Source of the DNA: Malacoraja senta
Lineage: Eukaryota
Assembly (NCBI GenBank): GCA_038087875.1
Contig: JAXLNO010000655.1
Coordinates: forward strand, 310,001-374,000
Direction: 5' to 3'
Length of the DNA: 64,000 nucleotides
Position numbers and translations under genes: made by a program
Notes under the pieces: model-generated
Database searches by the model: none
What the model was told of the DNA's origin: nothing
The model's input: the letters and a program-made list of their open reading frames with translations, nothing else
Shown: one piece after another, positions 37,071 to 50,004 of the stretch
Layout of the letters: each line of letters starts with the position of its first letter
How positions within the stretch are numbered: position 1 is the stretch's first letter

Positions 37071-38159
37071 TAATGCCTCTACTAATGAAGGCTAGCATAT
37101 CATGCAATGTCTTTATCACTCTATCTACATGTCTAGCCACTTTCAGGGAGCTATGAACATGGACCCCAAGATCCCTCTTTACATCAGTGCTGTTAAGGGT
37201 CTTGTTATGAACTATAACACTTGCCCCTTTTATAAGGATTTGAAGGGTTTATGTAGCTCCTTTAACAACGTGAGGACATCAAAAAGGACTTTGTTACCGA
37301 GACTACTCTTTTAAGTCTTTTGTTTTTTTATTTTGTCTTTTAACTCTTTTGTTCTGTACCTTTTCAAACCTCTAGTTTCCCTCTCCCCTGACTCTCAGTC
37401 TGACGAAGGGTCTCGACCCAAATCGTCACCCTTTTCTCCAGAGATGCTGCCTGACCCGCTGAGTTACTCCGGCATTTTGTGTCTACCTTCGGTGTAAACC
37501 AGCATCTGCAGTTCCTTCATACTGTTTTAACGTTTAGTTTAGTGTAGAGATACAGCACGGAAACAGGCCCTACGGCCCACCAAGTCCCCGCACAAAATTG
37601 CTGCCACTGTCGCCAAAAATGTCTCAACATGTTGAAAATTTTGCGGAAGTCGCCCAAAAAATCGCCTAAGTGGTTTACAGGACAGGCCCACCAACTGAAA
37701 GTGCTGCCTGGCAAAAAAAATGACTTCAAGTCATCGAGCCATACAGTACAGAAACCGGACCATCTCATCCATGCCGACCAAGATACCTCAACTAAGCTGG
37801 TCCCATTTGCTTGTGTTTGGCCTATACTCCTCTAAACATTTCCTGTCCACGTACCCGTCCAAATGTCTTTTAATTGTACTTATTTCATCTGCCTCAACTA
37901 CCGCTCTCAGCTCGTTCCATGTACCCAAAACTCTCTGTATGTAAAAAGTTACCCTTTGGATGCCTCTTGAACCTTTCCTCCCTAACCTTAAACCGACGCT
38001 CTCCGGTTCTTGATCACCCTATCCTGGGAAAAAACAACTCTGGGCGTTCACTCTGCCTCTTCCTCTCATGATGTTATACAACCCTATAATAGCGCCCCCT
38101 CAGCCTTCTGTGTCCCAAGGAATAAACTCCTAGCCTGCCCAACCTCTCCTTGTATGAGA

Positions 38160-38636
38160 ATGTGGAGGAAGGAACTGCAGATGCCGGTTTAAACCAAAGA
38201 TAAACGCAAAAAGATGGAGTAACTCAGCAGGACAGGCAGCATCTCTGGAGAGAAGGAATGGGTGACGTTTCGGGTCGAGACCCTTCTTCAGACTGGTTAG
38301 GGATAAGGGAAACAAGAGACACAGACAATGATGTGGAGAGATAATGAATAAAAGATATGGAAAAACGTAACGATGATAAAGGAAACAGGCCATTGTTCAC
38401 TGTTTGTTGGGTGAAAATGAGAAGCTAGTGCGACTTGGGTGGGGGAGAGATAGTGGGAGAGGGAATGCCGGGGCTACCTGAAGTGAGAGAAATCAATATT
38501 TATATCACTGGGCTGTAAGCTGCCCAAGCGAAATATGAAATGCTGTTCCTTAAATTTGTGTTTAGCCTCACTCTGACAATGGAGGAGACCGAGGACAGAA
38601 AAGTCTGTGTGGGAATGGGAAGGAGAATTTAAGTGT
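38160..38636 (-). mobile_element. Penelope-like 3' end (ORF end, 3' UTR, pLTR)
   Basis: HLNSPSHSHTDFSVLGLLHCQSEAKHKFKEQHFIFRLGSLQP matches the C-terminus of the 8935-9426 ORF, followed by a pLTR. Confidence 0.85.
38264..38291 (-). ncRNA. minimal hammerhead ribozyme-like motif, same strand as spon1
   Basis: Reverse complement reads CTGAAGAAGGGTCTCGACCCGAAACGTC. Confidence 0.6.
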
Positions 38637-39563
38637 CCTTGTATGAGTCCTGGCGACGTCGGCATCCATTCCAGCTGCATGGATCTTTTCCATAGCAGGA
38701 TGACCAGACTTGAACACCATACTCTACTGTTTGAGGATATTTAAGTGCCCTTTTACTTCAAGTCTTTGGGTTATTAAGAAAGGAGTGGAATTGACAGCTC
38801 AGAAATACAAGCTGAGAATCGGAGCCCATGTTCTCATTAATTGGTTATTGAAAGTGTTCGACTCTAAATCTCCATTGTGGCCTCTTGTCCTACTTTGGAT
38901 GTGATTATTTTGAGCTGGGGAAAATTGAATGCAATTTTTTTTTTATCTCCGACGTTATCCTTTAAGCTGCTTTTAACCTTTCAGGCTGTATATTATCTCT
39001 AATCCCAAGATTATGCAGGCGACTTCAGCTCCCAACTAAAATGTCAAGTTGATGGAGTTGTTCCAGAGGAATTGTGCAGAAATGAAGTTGATAAGGACTG
39101 ATAACTGAGCAAGCACGATGGAGCTGAGAGAGTTTGCGGGGAGAAAGTATCTCCAAAGCACGGTGCTGAATAAAACCGTTGTTTTATTGACATACATTGA
39201 ACTCCAGAGGGATCTTGGGGTCCAAGTCCAAAGCTCCCTGAAAGTGGCAATGAAGGATACATATGCTTGCCTTCATTGGTAAGGTGCCGAGATTCAGGAA
39301 GTCATGTCACGGCTTTATATGAGGTACAAGGAACTGCAGATGCAGGTACACAATAAAAGACAGCAAGTGCTGGAATAACTCAAGTGAGTCAGGCAGAATC
39401 TCCGGAGACTATGCATACAAACTCTACAAAGAGTCAGGACCCTTCTTCAAACTGCTTCTGGTTGGGGGCAGGGAGTGGGGGGGAGGGGGGAGGAAGCTGA
39501 AAGAGAGGTGGGGGCAGGACAAAGCCTGGCAAGTGATAGGTGGATACAGTTTAGATTGGCAGA

Positions 39564-39720
39564 TCTCTCTCTGTCTCTGTCTCTGTCTCTGTCTCTGTCT
39601 CTGTCTCTGTCTCTGTCTCTGTCTCTGTCTCTGTCTCTGTCTCTGTCTCTCTGTCTCTCTGTCTCTCTGTCTCTCTGTCTCTCTGTCTCTGTCTATCTGG
39701 CTCTATCTATCTCTCTCTCA
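39564..39720. repeat. (CTCTGT)n microsatellite
   Basis: Directly visible. Confidence 0.95.
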
Positions 39721-42700
39721 TTCTCTGTCTGGTTGACTATCTCACTCTCTTTCTCAGTCTATCTCTGTTTAACTATCTGTCTCATTAACCTGCCAACCAC
39801 AAATACATCCCAAGGCAACCCTGGGCTTCCCTTTGTTCCATCCATCTCTCACTCAACCCTCTCTATAACTTATAACTACACATATTCTCATATTTTCAGT
39901 TATAGTGAAGATTCTTTGATCTTAAGCATTAACTTTGTTTCTCTCTCTGCAGTTGCTACCTCTCCTGCTAAGTGGGATAGTCTCTCAAGGAGCTGGCTTG
40001 TTGGGCTGAATGGCCTCTCTCTCCACTGCTCCATTCAGATTTAATTCAGATGATGCACAGAGTCTCTTGCCTAGAGTAGGTGAATCGAGGACCAGGGGAA
40101 ATAGGTTTAAGGTGAAGGGGAAAAGATTTAATAGGAATCTGAGGGGTAACGTTTTCACACAAAGGGTGATGGGTGTGTGGAACAATCTGCCTGAGGAGGT
40201 AGTTGAGGCAGGGACTATCCCAACATTTAAGAAGCAGTTAGGCAGGTATATGGATAAGACAGGTTTGGAGAGATATGGGCCAAACGCAGGCAGGTGGGTA
40301 TAGTGTTGCTGGGACATGTTGGTCGGTGTGGGAAAGTTGGGCTGAAGGGCCTGTTTCCACGCTGTATCACTCTATGACTCTAAATGTTTGCTGAAGTCGT
40401 TACAATTGGAGGAGGAGGATTTCATATTTAATTGCCTGCAATAACTGGGCCACCTTGATTTGTTATGGTGACCCTTCCATTGTGCATTCTGTCCACTCTC
40501 CTCCATCAAGGAACATTCAGATGTAAGTAATTCAATTATGCTTGAATAAAAAAGCAACATCAGGCTTCTGAAAATTGAGCAGCTTCACGTTCGGCAGTGT
40601 TTTGTGCTGAGTGGGGGAAATTTCCCATCCTGATCAAGGGCTGGCAGGTTGGAATGTATCTTGTGTAGGAAGGAACTGCAGGTGCTGGTTAAAAACGAAG
40701 ACAGACACAAAATTCTGGAGTAACTCAGCAGGGACAGGCAGCTTCTCTGGAGAGAAGGAATGGGCGACGTTTCGGGTCGAGACCCTTCTTCGCCACCCTG
40801 AGTTACTCCAGCATTTTGTGTCTATCTTGGGAGCGTATCATAACAGGTTTGGTGCATCATATCCAATGCAGGTTTGGTGCATCATATCCAATCCAATTAT
40901 AGTCTCCTGTCAGCCGAGGCAGTCCCGCAGGGACCATCTTAGATACAGGTTAATGATGGTGCCCAGACACTGTGATCAATCGGAGATAGAGAATACTGAC
41001 GAGCTCTAACTTAAAGTAACTTCAAGTAAGGGCGGCACGGTGGCTCAGAGAAAGAGTTGCTGCCTTACAGCGCCAGGGTCCTGGGTCTGATCCTGACTAC
41101 GGGTGCTGTCTGCACGGCGTTTGTACGTTCTCCCCGTGGCCGCGTTACTCCAGCTTTTTGTGTCTAATTTCAGTGTCAACTAGCATCTGCAGTTCCCCCC
41201 GACACATACTGACAAGCCAGACTGCACTCAGGCAGAGAAGCTACTAAAGGAGGATCACTTCTGTCCACGAGTAGTTAAACATCAAACTTAGGGCACTGCA
41301 ACGCAGGAACAGGCCCTTCAGCTCACAATGTCCATGCCGAACATAATGCCAAGTTAAACCAATCTCCTCTTCCTGCAAGTGATCCATATCCTTCTGTTCC
41401 CTGCATATCCACAGGGCAGCACGGTGGCGCAGCGGTAAAGTTGCTGCCTTACAGCGCCAGAGACCACAGTTCGATCCTGACTACGGACGCTGCCTGTACA
41501 GAGTTTGTACGTTCTCCCCGTGACTGCGTGGGCTTTCTCCGGGTTTCCTCCCACACTCCAAAGATGTGCAGGTCTTGTAGGTTAATTGGCTTCTGTAAAT
41601 TGTCCCGAGTGTAGAGGATAGAACTGGCGTGGACTCGGTGGGCCGAAGGGCCTGTTTCCACACTATATCTCTAAACTAAACTATACTAAACTATCCATCT
41701 GCCTATCGAAAAATGACATAAATCTGTGTGCTATTGCGTTTATGGGTCTTTTAAGCTGTAACGTAAAAATTTACTTGGGGCTGCACAGAGGCGCAGCTGG
41801 TAAAGCAGCTGCCTCACAGCAGCAGTGACCATCCTGAATCCTGATCTCGGGCACTGTCTGTGTGTGTGGCGTTTGCATGTTCTCCCTGTAGATTGCATGG
41901 GAGTTGCCTCCTCCATGGCAAAGTTGGGCGGGTGTGTATGTTAATTGCTCCTGGTGTTCAGGGAGTGGATGACAACGTGGGATAGCGTAGAAATAGTGTG
42001 AATGGGCGATCGATGGTCAGCATGGATTAGGTGGGCTGAAGGGCCTGTTTTCATGCTGTATCTTTCAATCAATAAATTAATGTAATTGTTCCATTGTTGT
42101 TATATATGACAATTAAACTCTTTAGATTCAGATTCAGATTCACATGTATTGCCACATGCACCAATTAAGGTTCAGTGATATTTGAGTTACCATGCAGCCA
42201 TACAATTAAAATACTTTTAGACTTTAGAAATACAACGAGAAAATAGGTCCTTCGGCCCACTGAGTCTGCGTCGACCAGTGATCACACTGTGCATGAACAA
42301 TTGTCCCTACACACTAGGGACAATTTACAGAGGTCAATTACCCTTTGGAGTGCAGGAGGAAACCGGATCACCCGGAGTAAACCCACGCAGGTCACATGGA
42401 TAAACCTGTATAAACTCTGTACAGGGAGTAGCCGTAGTCAGGATCGAACTCGAGTCTCTGGCGCTGCAAGGCAGCAGCTCTATCGTTGCGCCACCGTGCC
42501 GCCCCTTTTGACTCTCCTGACACTGGAACCCGAATAGTTAGTAGGTTAGCAATGCATAAGCAAACAAAAACATAAGCCGGTTTGTGATCCAGCCTGACAT
42601 TGCCACCATTCCAAGCTCCCTACAGCTCTATAGAAGCCGGCAAATCCATCCCGCTTGTCTCCCAGTTGCTGACTTGCATGTGCTGAACGTCTATAAGTCA

Positions 42701-44299
42701 GGCGTTCGTAAAGATGGTTAGGACCTTTACGGAAATCCACGAGGAACTTCTCCTCCAGGCGGAAGTCTCTCCCCAAAGAGCAGCGAACAAGGGTTCGCTG
42801 AATAGATTCAAAACAGGAAAAAAAAAGATTCTTGATATACATGTCTACGAGGAAATCGGTTAAAATCAAGATCAAAGCGATATTTTTGACTGTGGCGAGA
42901 CTGGCTGGAGGGGCGGTTTGCTGTGTCCCTGCCTCTCTTTCCAATTCTCTTTCCCCTTTTAATGGTGGCTGAGCTAACACAGCAGTTTGTCTGCAACTGA
43001 ATTCACCTCATCAGCGGATTACGGGTTCCCACTTGGCAGCGGAGGTAGATGCCGCGTTATTTTAACAAGGTACTGAAGCAGCCCCCATCTATCTCTTTCT
43101 CGCAAAAGCATGTTAATTCTCCCAGAAGACAGCGTGACAGATGTGACCAATTACATGGATGTGAAACCCTGCCTGTCTTAGCCTTCCTCTGATTAGAAGT
43201 ATTAGATTTTTACAATACATTTCTTGCAAAACGGGCACCATAAATTGATAATAATTTGACAGTCCGCAACGTGTCCCCTCTATCCAGCTGACTCCACTGC
43301 CCATCTTTAGATTGTTCTGAGATCAGACAGAGATCTCTCTGCCTTGTGAACTTTGCTCACCTTTCAGAAGGCAATGCCTCAATTTGCCCGTTACTGAATA
43401 AATCTATTTCTGCTGGCCATTTAGTTAGTTAATTAGACTCTCAGAATGCAGGTTTCAGGCTGGGCTCAGTGAGAAGTTATATTAAAACATCTACAACCTT
43501 GAGAGGCCATGACAATGTAGATGTGGAGATGTTTCCATTAGTGGGAGAATCTCTCAAACATAGAAAATAGGTGCAGGAGTAGGCCATTTGGCCCTTCGAG
43601 CCAGCACCGCCATTCAATATGATCATGGCTGATCATCCCAAATCAGTAGCCCCTTCCTGCTTTCTCTCCATATCCCTTGATTCCGTTAGCCCTAAAAGAG
43701 CTAAGAGCAAAGAGCTAAGAGCTACAAGAGCAATATCTAACTCCAGCCCCATAGCAGCCGGCTGGAAAAGAAGGAATATAGTTACAACATGAGGGGCAGT
43801 CATTTAAAACTGAGCTACGCACAAGTTTCTTGGTTTAGTTTAGTTTAGAGATACAGTGTGAAAACAGGCCACTCGGCCCACTTAGTCCATGCCAACCAGC
43901 GATCCCCAAACGCTAGCAGTATCCTACTCACTGGGGACAATTTATAATTCTTCACAATGCCAATTAACCTATAAACCTGTGCGTCTTTGGAATGTGGGAG
44001 GAAACCAGAGCACCCGGAGAAAGCCCACACGGTTACGGGGAGAACGTATAAACTCCCTACAGACAGCACCCATAGTCAGAATTGAACCCGGGTCTGTGGC
44101 GCTGTAAGGCAGTAACTCTACAGCTGCACCACCGTGACGCCCCTCTGCCTCATCCTTCTCTCCGAGAGTGGTGGGTGTGTGGAACTCCCTGCCCCAGACT
44201 AGAGGGATTTAAGGAGGAAATGGGTAACATTTTTCAGAGATGAGGGAATTGGTGCATCTGGAGAAGTGCGGAATTTCTGCAACATAAAAAGTTACAATA

Positions 44300-44810
44300 G
44301 AATGAATGAATGAATGAATAAGTTTATTGGCCAAGTATTCACATACAAGGAATTTACCTTGATGCTCCGCCCACAAGTGACAACATGACATTAGGAATGA
44401 CACATAAAACATTAAACATTAATAATGAAACATTATCGATTAAACATGTGAATTGAATAAAATACCAGAGCAAAAGGAGGCTACGGATTTTTGGTTATTG
44501 AGTAGAGCTACTACTCGTGGAAAAAAGTTGTTTTTTATGTCTGGCTGTGGCAGCTTTGACAGTCCGGAGTCGCCTTCCAGAGGGAAGTGATTCAAAGAGT
44601 TTGTGGCCATGGTGATAGGGGTCAGAGATGACCTTACCCGCTCGCTTCCTGTCCCTTGCAGTGTACAGTTCGTCAATGGAGGGAAGGTTGCAGCCAATAA
44701 CCTTCTCAGCTGATCGGACGATTCGCTGCTTGGTGGCTGAGCCAAACCAGACCATGATGGAGAAGGTGAGGACAGACTGTACGATGGGCGTATAGAATTG
44801 GACCATCATA
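44300..44810 (-). mobile_element. Rex1/Babar-like LINE 3' end, second subfamily, (ATTC)n tail
   Basis: MVQFYTPIVQSVLTFSIMVWFGSAT..RIVRSAEKVIG..HKLFESLPSGRRLR. Confidence 0.75.
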
Positions 44811-45576
44811 GAGTTGCATCACTCAGTGAGGCAACAGGTCTGACCATGACTGCAAGAAATTGCAGAGAGTTGTGGACGTAGCCCAGTCCGTCACACAGAA
44901 CAGACTCCCCTCAACTTCAACTCCAACTACACTTCACGCTGTCTCAGGAAAGCAGCCCAGATCATCAATGACCAATTACACTCTGGTCATCCCCTTGTCT
45001 CCTATCCTCCTGAGCAGAAGATACAGAAGCTTGAACGCAGCTACCACCAGATTCAGTGATAGCATTTTCCCAACTGTTATCAGACTATTAAACGGACCTC
45101 TCACAAGCTAAGGATGTATTCCTGATCTTCCAATCTACCCCTATGTGGCCCTGGCACTGTTTTCTTTTATCTGCACTTTCTCTGTAGTCAATGGACAAAA
45201 GTCAAGAGTGTTTTAATGTCATAAGTCCCGAGACGGATCAATGGAATTCTTACTTGCAGCAGCACAATGGCAGCAGCACAACGTATGTAACATGTATATA
45301 TGTAACATTATATTCTGCAGTCCGTTTCCATTCTCTTTTTGCACTACCTGATGTACTCATGTAAGGGTTAATTTCTTGATTAGTACGGGTGTCCGAGGTT
45401 ATGGGGAGAAGGCAGGAAAATGGTGTTGAGAGGGAACAATAGATTAGCCATGATTGAATGGCGGAGCAGACTTGATGGGCCGAATGGTCTAGTTCTGCTC
45501 TTAGAACTTATGAACTTGTGGCATGAACTGTCTGGATCGCACGTTTTATTTCATTGTATCTCAGTACCTGTGAGAT

Positions 45577-45876
45577 ACAGCTTAAGGATAAGGGGGAAAT
45601 CCTTTAAGACCGAGATGAGGAAAAACTTTTTCACACAGAGAGTGGTGAATCTCTGGAACTCTCTGCCACAGAGGGTTGTTGAGGCCAGTTCATTGGCTAT
45701 ATTTAAGAGGGAGTTCGATGTGGCCCTTGTGGCTAAAGGGATCAGGGGGTATGGAGATAAGGCAGGTACGGGATACTGAGTTGGATGATCAGCCATGATC
45801 ATATTGAATGGCGGTGCAGGCTCGAAGGGCCGAATGGCCTACTCCTGCACCTATTTTCTATGTATCTATGTATCTA
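45577..45876 (+). mobile_element. CR1 LINE 3' end, same young subfamily
   Basis: Near-identical reverse complement of 22863-23160; ends CTATGTATCTATGTATCT. Confidence 0.9.
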
Positions 45877-46564
45877 AATTATAAACCAATGCCAACAGCA
45901 TCCTCTCCCCCACCTTCCCTGAAATTGAAAACCAATTTGTGTTCTCTTTTCTAGCACAGATGAAGTATCTCGGACTGAATCATTAACTCGGTATCTCTGC
46001 GAACAAATGCAAACCTGTGGATTTTCCAGCAAATTTGGTTTTCATTTCAGATTCCCAGAACCTTATTTTATCTCTACAACAAAAGTTGATAATGATTAGA
46101 ATTAATTTGCAGTTTGTTTTTATGTTTGTGCTGAGTTATCCCGGGATTAAGAACACCCCAAGGGCACACAAAATCTACAGGATAACTGCAGATAAAATGC
46201 CAATATGTGATCTTCCATCTATCTCAAATACAGATTGTATTTGTAAACTGCCTGATGGTGTGAAACATGACCTTACAGCGATCGTAACGACCTTGCTGAA
46301 GGATAACTAGCTTGAATTTCTTCAAATGCTGCCTCTCCAAGTGCTTCCGGCATTTTGTCTTTCTGCTATTCTGGAACAGCTGTCAGTGAATGTTGTTGAG
46401 AAGTAGAGCACTTTCACCTCCTCATTATTGCCATCCCTGCGTGAGAACTAGCTGTCTCTTGGGTTACGTCCCTACAAGGAGAAAGACAAGCTGCTGGAGG
46501 AGCTTAAATGGGCCAAGAACCGGCAAGGTCCCGACCAGAAATGTTCGACCATAGGAGGAGGAGC

Positions 46565-47550
46565 TATCTTGGGGAACGGCTGCTAACCAGCAGCCGTCCG
46601 TTAATTTCACTTTTTTTCTTAGTTTTTAATTTTCTTGGTCTATGTCTGTTGGGGAATTTTGACTTTTTATGTGGGGGGGTAAGGGGGAAACTACTTTCTA
46701 GGTCCCTACCTGGTCGGTGAGGCAGCTTTTTCTCTGGGCTGCCCCGTCGACCCGTCCCTACCATCGGGCCTGGAGCGGCGTTTCCTGGCGGGGACTGCCC
46801 AGCACCTTCAGCTTCGGTGGCGGCACAGCGCTGGAGCGCTATCGCGGAGCGGAGCGGGCGATGCCTTGCCTGGGTCGCCGTGCTGGATCGAGGCGCTGGA
46901 GCTCCGGTGAGCTGTAACCGCCGAGCTCAACACCTCCGGGCTGCGGGTCTGTGGAGCGGCCAGCCGCGGGCGGCGGCGCCGACTCCAACATCGGGAGCCT
47001 CGGAGCTCCAAATCGGCGCGGCCTTGTCGGCTTCAGGTGCCACGGACTCCGGTAGGAAATCGGCCGTTCCAGCCGTCCCAGCCGCTGCGAGGACCCTCCC
47101 GACACCGGGGCAACTCCACCCGGCGAGAACGGCCAGGAACATCGGGCCTCCGTAGAGGCAAATGTGGAGGCCTCAATAGGCCTGACTTTGGGGAGAACTG
47201 GGGTTGGGGACTGGACATTGTGCCTTCCCCCACAGTGGTAACCATTGTGGGGGGATAATTTTGTGTGTAGTGTGTAGTGTCTATGTTAGACTATGTCCAA
47301 AATGGTGGTCGGAAGGGAGAGTGGACGCTGGCGCGGTTTGGCTGCCGCTGCTCTCTCTTCACATTGTGTTTCTGAATTTTGTTGTTGTCTTTTTTGGATC
47401 GAATTTCTGTCTTTAATTTGTGTATTGGTGATGTCTTTATAACTTATTTTACTCTGATTATATGTTTCTTTGTTAAATTTTGTAAGGTGTCCTTGAGACT
47501 TTTGTATAGGCGCCCTTAAATAAAATCTATTATTATTATTATTATTATTA
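46565..47550 (+). mobile_element. GC-rich non-autonomous retroelement with L2-like 3' end and (ATT)n tail
   Basis: CpG-rich body at 46720-47170; ends TGTAAGGTGTCCTTGAG..GGCGCCCTTAAATAAAATC(TAT)n; no credible ORF. Confidence 0.55.
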
Positions 47551-48153
47551 TCCCTTTGCTTCCTCACGTGCTGTCTGGCCCACTGAGCTCCTCCAGATTC
47601 CATCATCTGCAACCTCTTGTCTCCTTTAAACTTTGCCCCTCTCAACTTAAAGCTGTGCCTTCTAGTCTTTGACATCTCCACCCTGGGGAAAAAGGTTCTG
47701 ACTGTCTACCCTATCTTTGAGTTCGTCCAGCATTTTCTGTTCCTTTTTCTCCTGGTTTCTTGTTCGCAGTCATACAAAGAGCATACGTTTACACATCATC
47801 TTGCTAAGAAAATCAAATGCGGTATTCTGCAGAATATTTCCAAAGCCATAAGGAATAATTTCACAAGACAGCAGGTGATGTTTGCCGTGAGAGGAGCAAA
47901 TGTAAGCCCAAGACTTGCAAATTCACGTGAGCTTCCAATTAGTTTTCTTCCACTATTATCATTGTTGTTCTCATGCAATCTTGTTACTTTCTGCCTAAGT
48001 CTACACTGGGAACACTAGGGTTCAAAGCAAACACAAGGACCTTCTCCCACACAGAAAGCATTTCATAATTGACAATTTGGCAACACAAGTAGATAAGAGT
48101 GTAAAGAAATGATGTGGTATGCTTTCTTTCATTGGTTAGGGCATTGAGTATAA

Positions 48154-48445
48154 GGGCCCTGTCCCACTTTCCCGAGTTACTCACGAACTCTCCCGAGTTT
48201 TTCCCTTGATTCGAACTCGGAGAATTCGTTGGTACTTAGGGCTATTTTTTTTTACTCGTGGACATTTATCAACATGTTGAAAAAACGTCCCGACTTACCT
48301 GATGGCCCGAGTTCCTACGGCTGGCATTACGAGCCGCTACGAAACATCTACGGACCCTTACAAGCTCGCTACCGACATTACCCGACATTCCCCGAGTTCG
48401 AATCAGGAGAGTTTGTGAGTAACTCGGGAAAGTGGGACAGGGCCT
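48154..48445. mobile_element. PIF/Harbinger-type MITE
   Basis: TIRs GGCCCTGTCCCACTTTCCCGAGTTACTCAC; TAA/TTA flanks inside a CR1 fragment. Confidence 0.85.
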
Positions 48446-48847
48446 TTAGGGTCAGGAATCCACGCTGCAACTCTATAAGACTTTGGTTAGGCTGCATTTG
48501 GGTATTGCGTGCAGTTCTGGTCGACCCATTATAGAGAGGCTTTGGAGAGGGAGCAGAAGGTATTTACCAGATTGGTTTGGGGGAAATGAGCTACAAGGAG
48601 AGGTTGCACAAACGTGAACTGCTTTCTCCAGAAGGTCAGAGGTTGAGGGGAGGACCTGATAGAAAAATATAAAATTATGAGAGGCAGAGATAGTGTAGAT
48701 AGTACAAACATTTTTGAAATAGTTAAACACTGGAGGGATTAACTTTAAGGAATGAGGGGGAATGTTTAATGGAGATGTGCGGGCAAGTTTTAAAAATTTA
48801 AACAGAGAGTGGTAGGTGCCTGGAACGCGCTGCCAGGGGTGGTGGTG

Positions 48848-50004
48848 GATACATAGATACATAGATACATAGAAAATAGGTGCAGGAGTAGGCCATTCGG
48901 CCCTTCGAGCCTGCACCGCCATTCAATATGACCATGGCTGATCATCCAACTCAGTATCCCGTACCTGCCTTCTCTCCATACCCCCTGATCCCTTTAGCCA
49001 CAAGGGCCACATCTAACTCCCTCTTAAATATAGCCAATGAACTGGCCTCAACTACCCTCTGTGGCAGAGAGTTCCAGAGATTCACCACTCTCTGTGTGAA
49101 AAAGTTTTTCCTCATCTCGGTCCTAAAGGATTTCCCCCTTATCCTTAAGCTGTGACCCCTTGTCCTGGACTTCCCCAACATCGGGAACAATCTTCCTGCA
49201 TCTAGCCTGTCCAACCCCACAAGAATTGTGTAAGTTTCTATAAGATCCCCTCTCAATCTCCTAAATTCTAGCGAGTATAAGCCAAGTCTATCCAGTCTTT
49301 CTTCATATGAAAATCCTGACATCCCAGGAATCAGTCTGGTGAACCTTCTCTGCACTCCCTCTATGGCTATAATGTCCTTCCTCAGATTTGGAGACCAAAA
49401 CTGTACGCAATACTCCAGGTGTAGTCTCACCAAGACCCTGTACAACTGCAGTAGAACCTCCCTGCTCCTATACTCAAATCCTCTTGCTATGAAGGCCAAC
49501 ATACCATTCGCTTTCTTCACTGCCTGCTGCACCTGCATGCCTACTTTCAATGACTGGTGTACCATGACACCCAGGTCTCGCTGCACCTCCCCATTTCCTA
49601 ATCGGCCACCATTTAGATAATAGTCTGCCTTCCCGTTTTTGCCACCAAAGTGGATAACCTCACATTTATCCACATTATACTGCATCTGCCAAACATTTGC
49701 CCACTCACCCAGCCTATCCAAGTCACCTTGCAGTCTCCTAGCATCCTCCTCACAGCTAACACTGCCCCCCAGCTTAGTGTCATCCGCAAACTTGGAGATG
49801 TTGCTTTCAATTCCCTCGTCCAGATCATTAATATAAATTGTAAATAGCTGGGGTCCCAGCACTGAGCCTTGCGGTACCCCACTAGTCACTGCCTGCCATT
49901 ATGAAAAGGACCCGTTTACTCCTACTCTTTGCTTCCTGTTTGCCAGCCAGTTCTCTATCCACATCAATACTGAACCCCCAATACCGTGTGATTTAAGTTT
50001 GTAT
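48848..50004 (-). mobile_element. CR1-clade LINE, 5'-truncated, same young subfamily as 22863-23923
   Basis: ORF 48951-49889 differs from the 22956-23894 ORF at about 6 of 312 aa; same (CTATGTAT)n tail; inserted in an older plus-strand CR1 3' end. Confidence 0.95.

Noticed and set aside
40420..40480. Candidate for the missing upstream spon1 exon (..KSRWPSYCRQLN..)
   Set aside because: Lacks the WPxW and VIK motifs and suitable splice sites; chance similarity.
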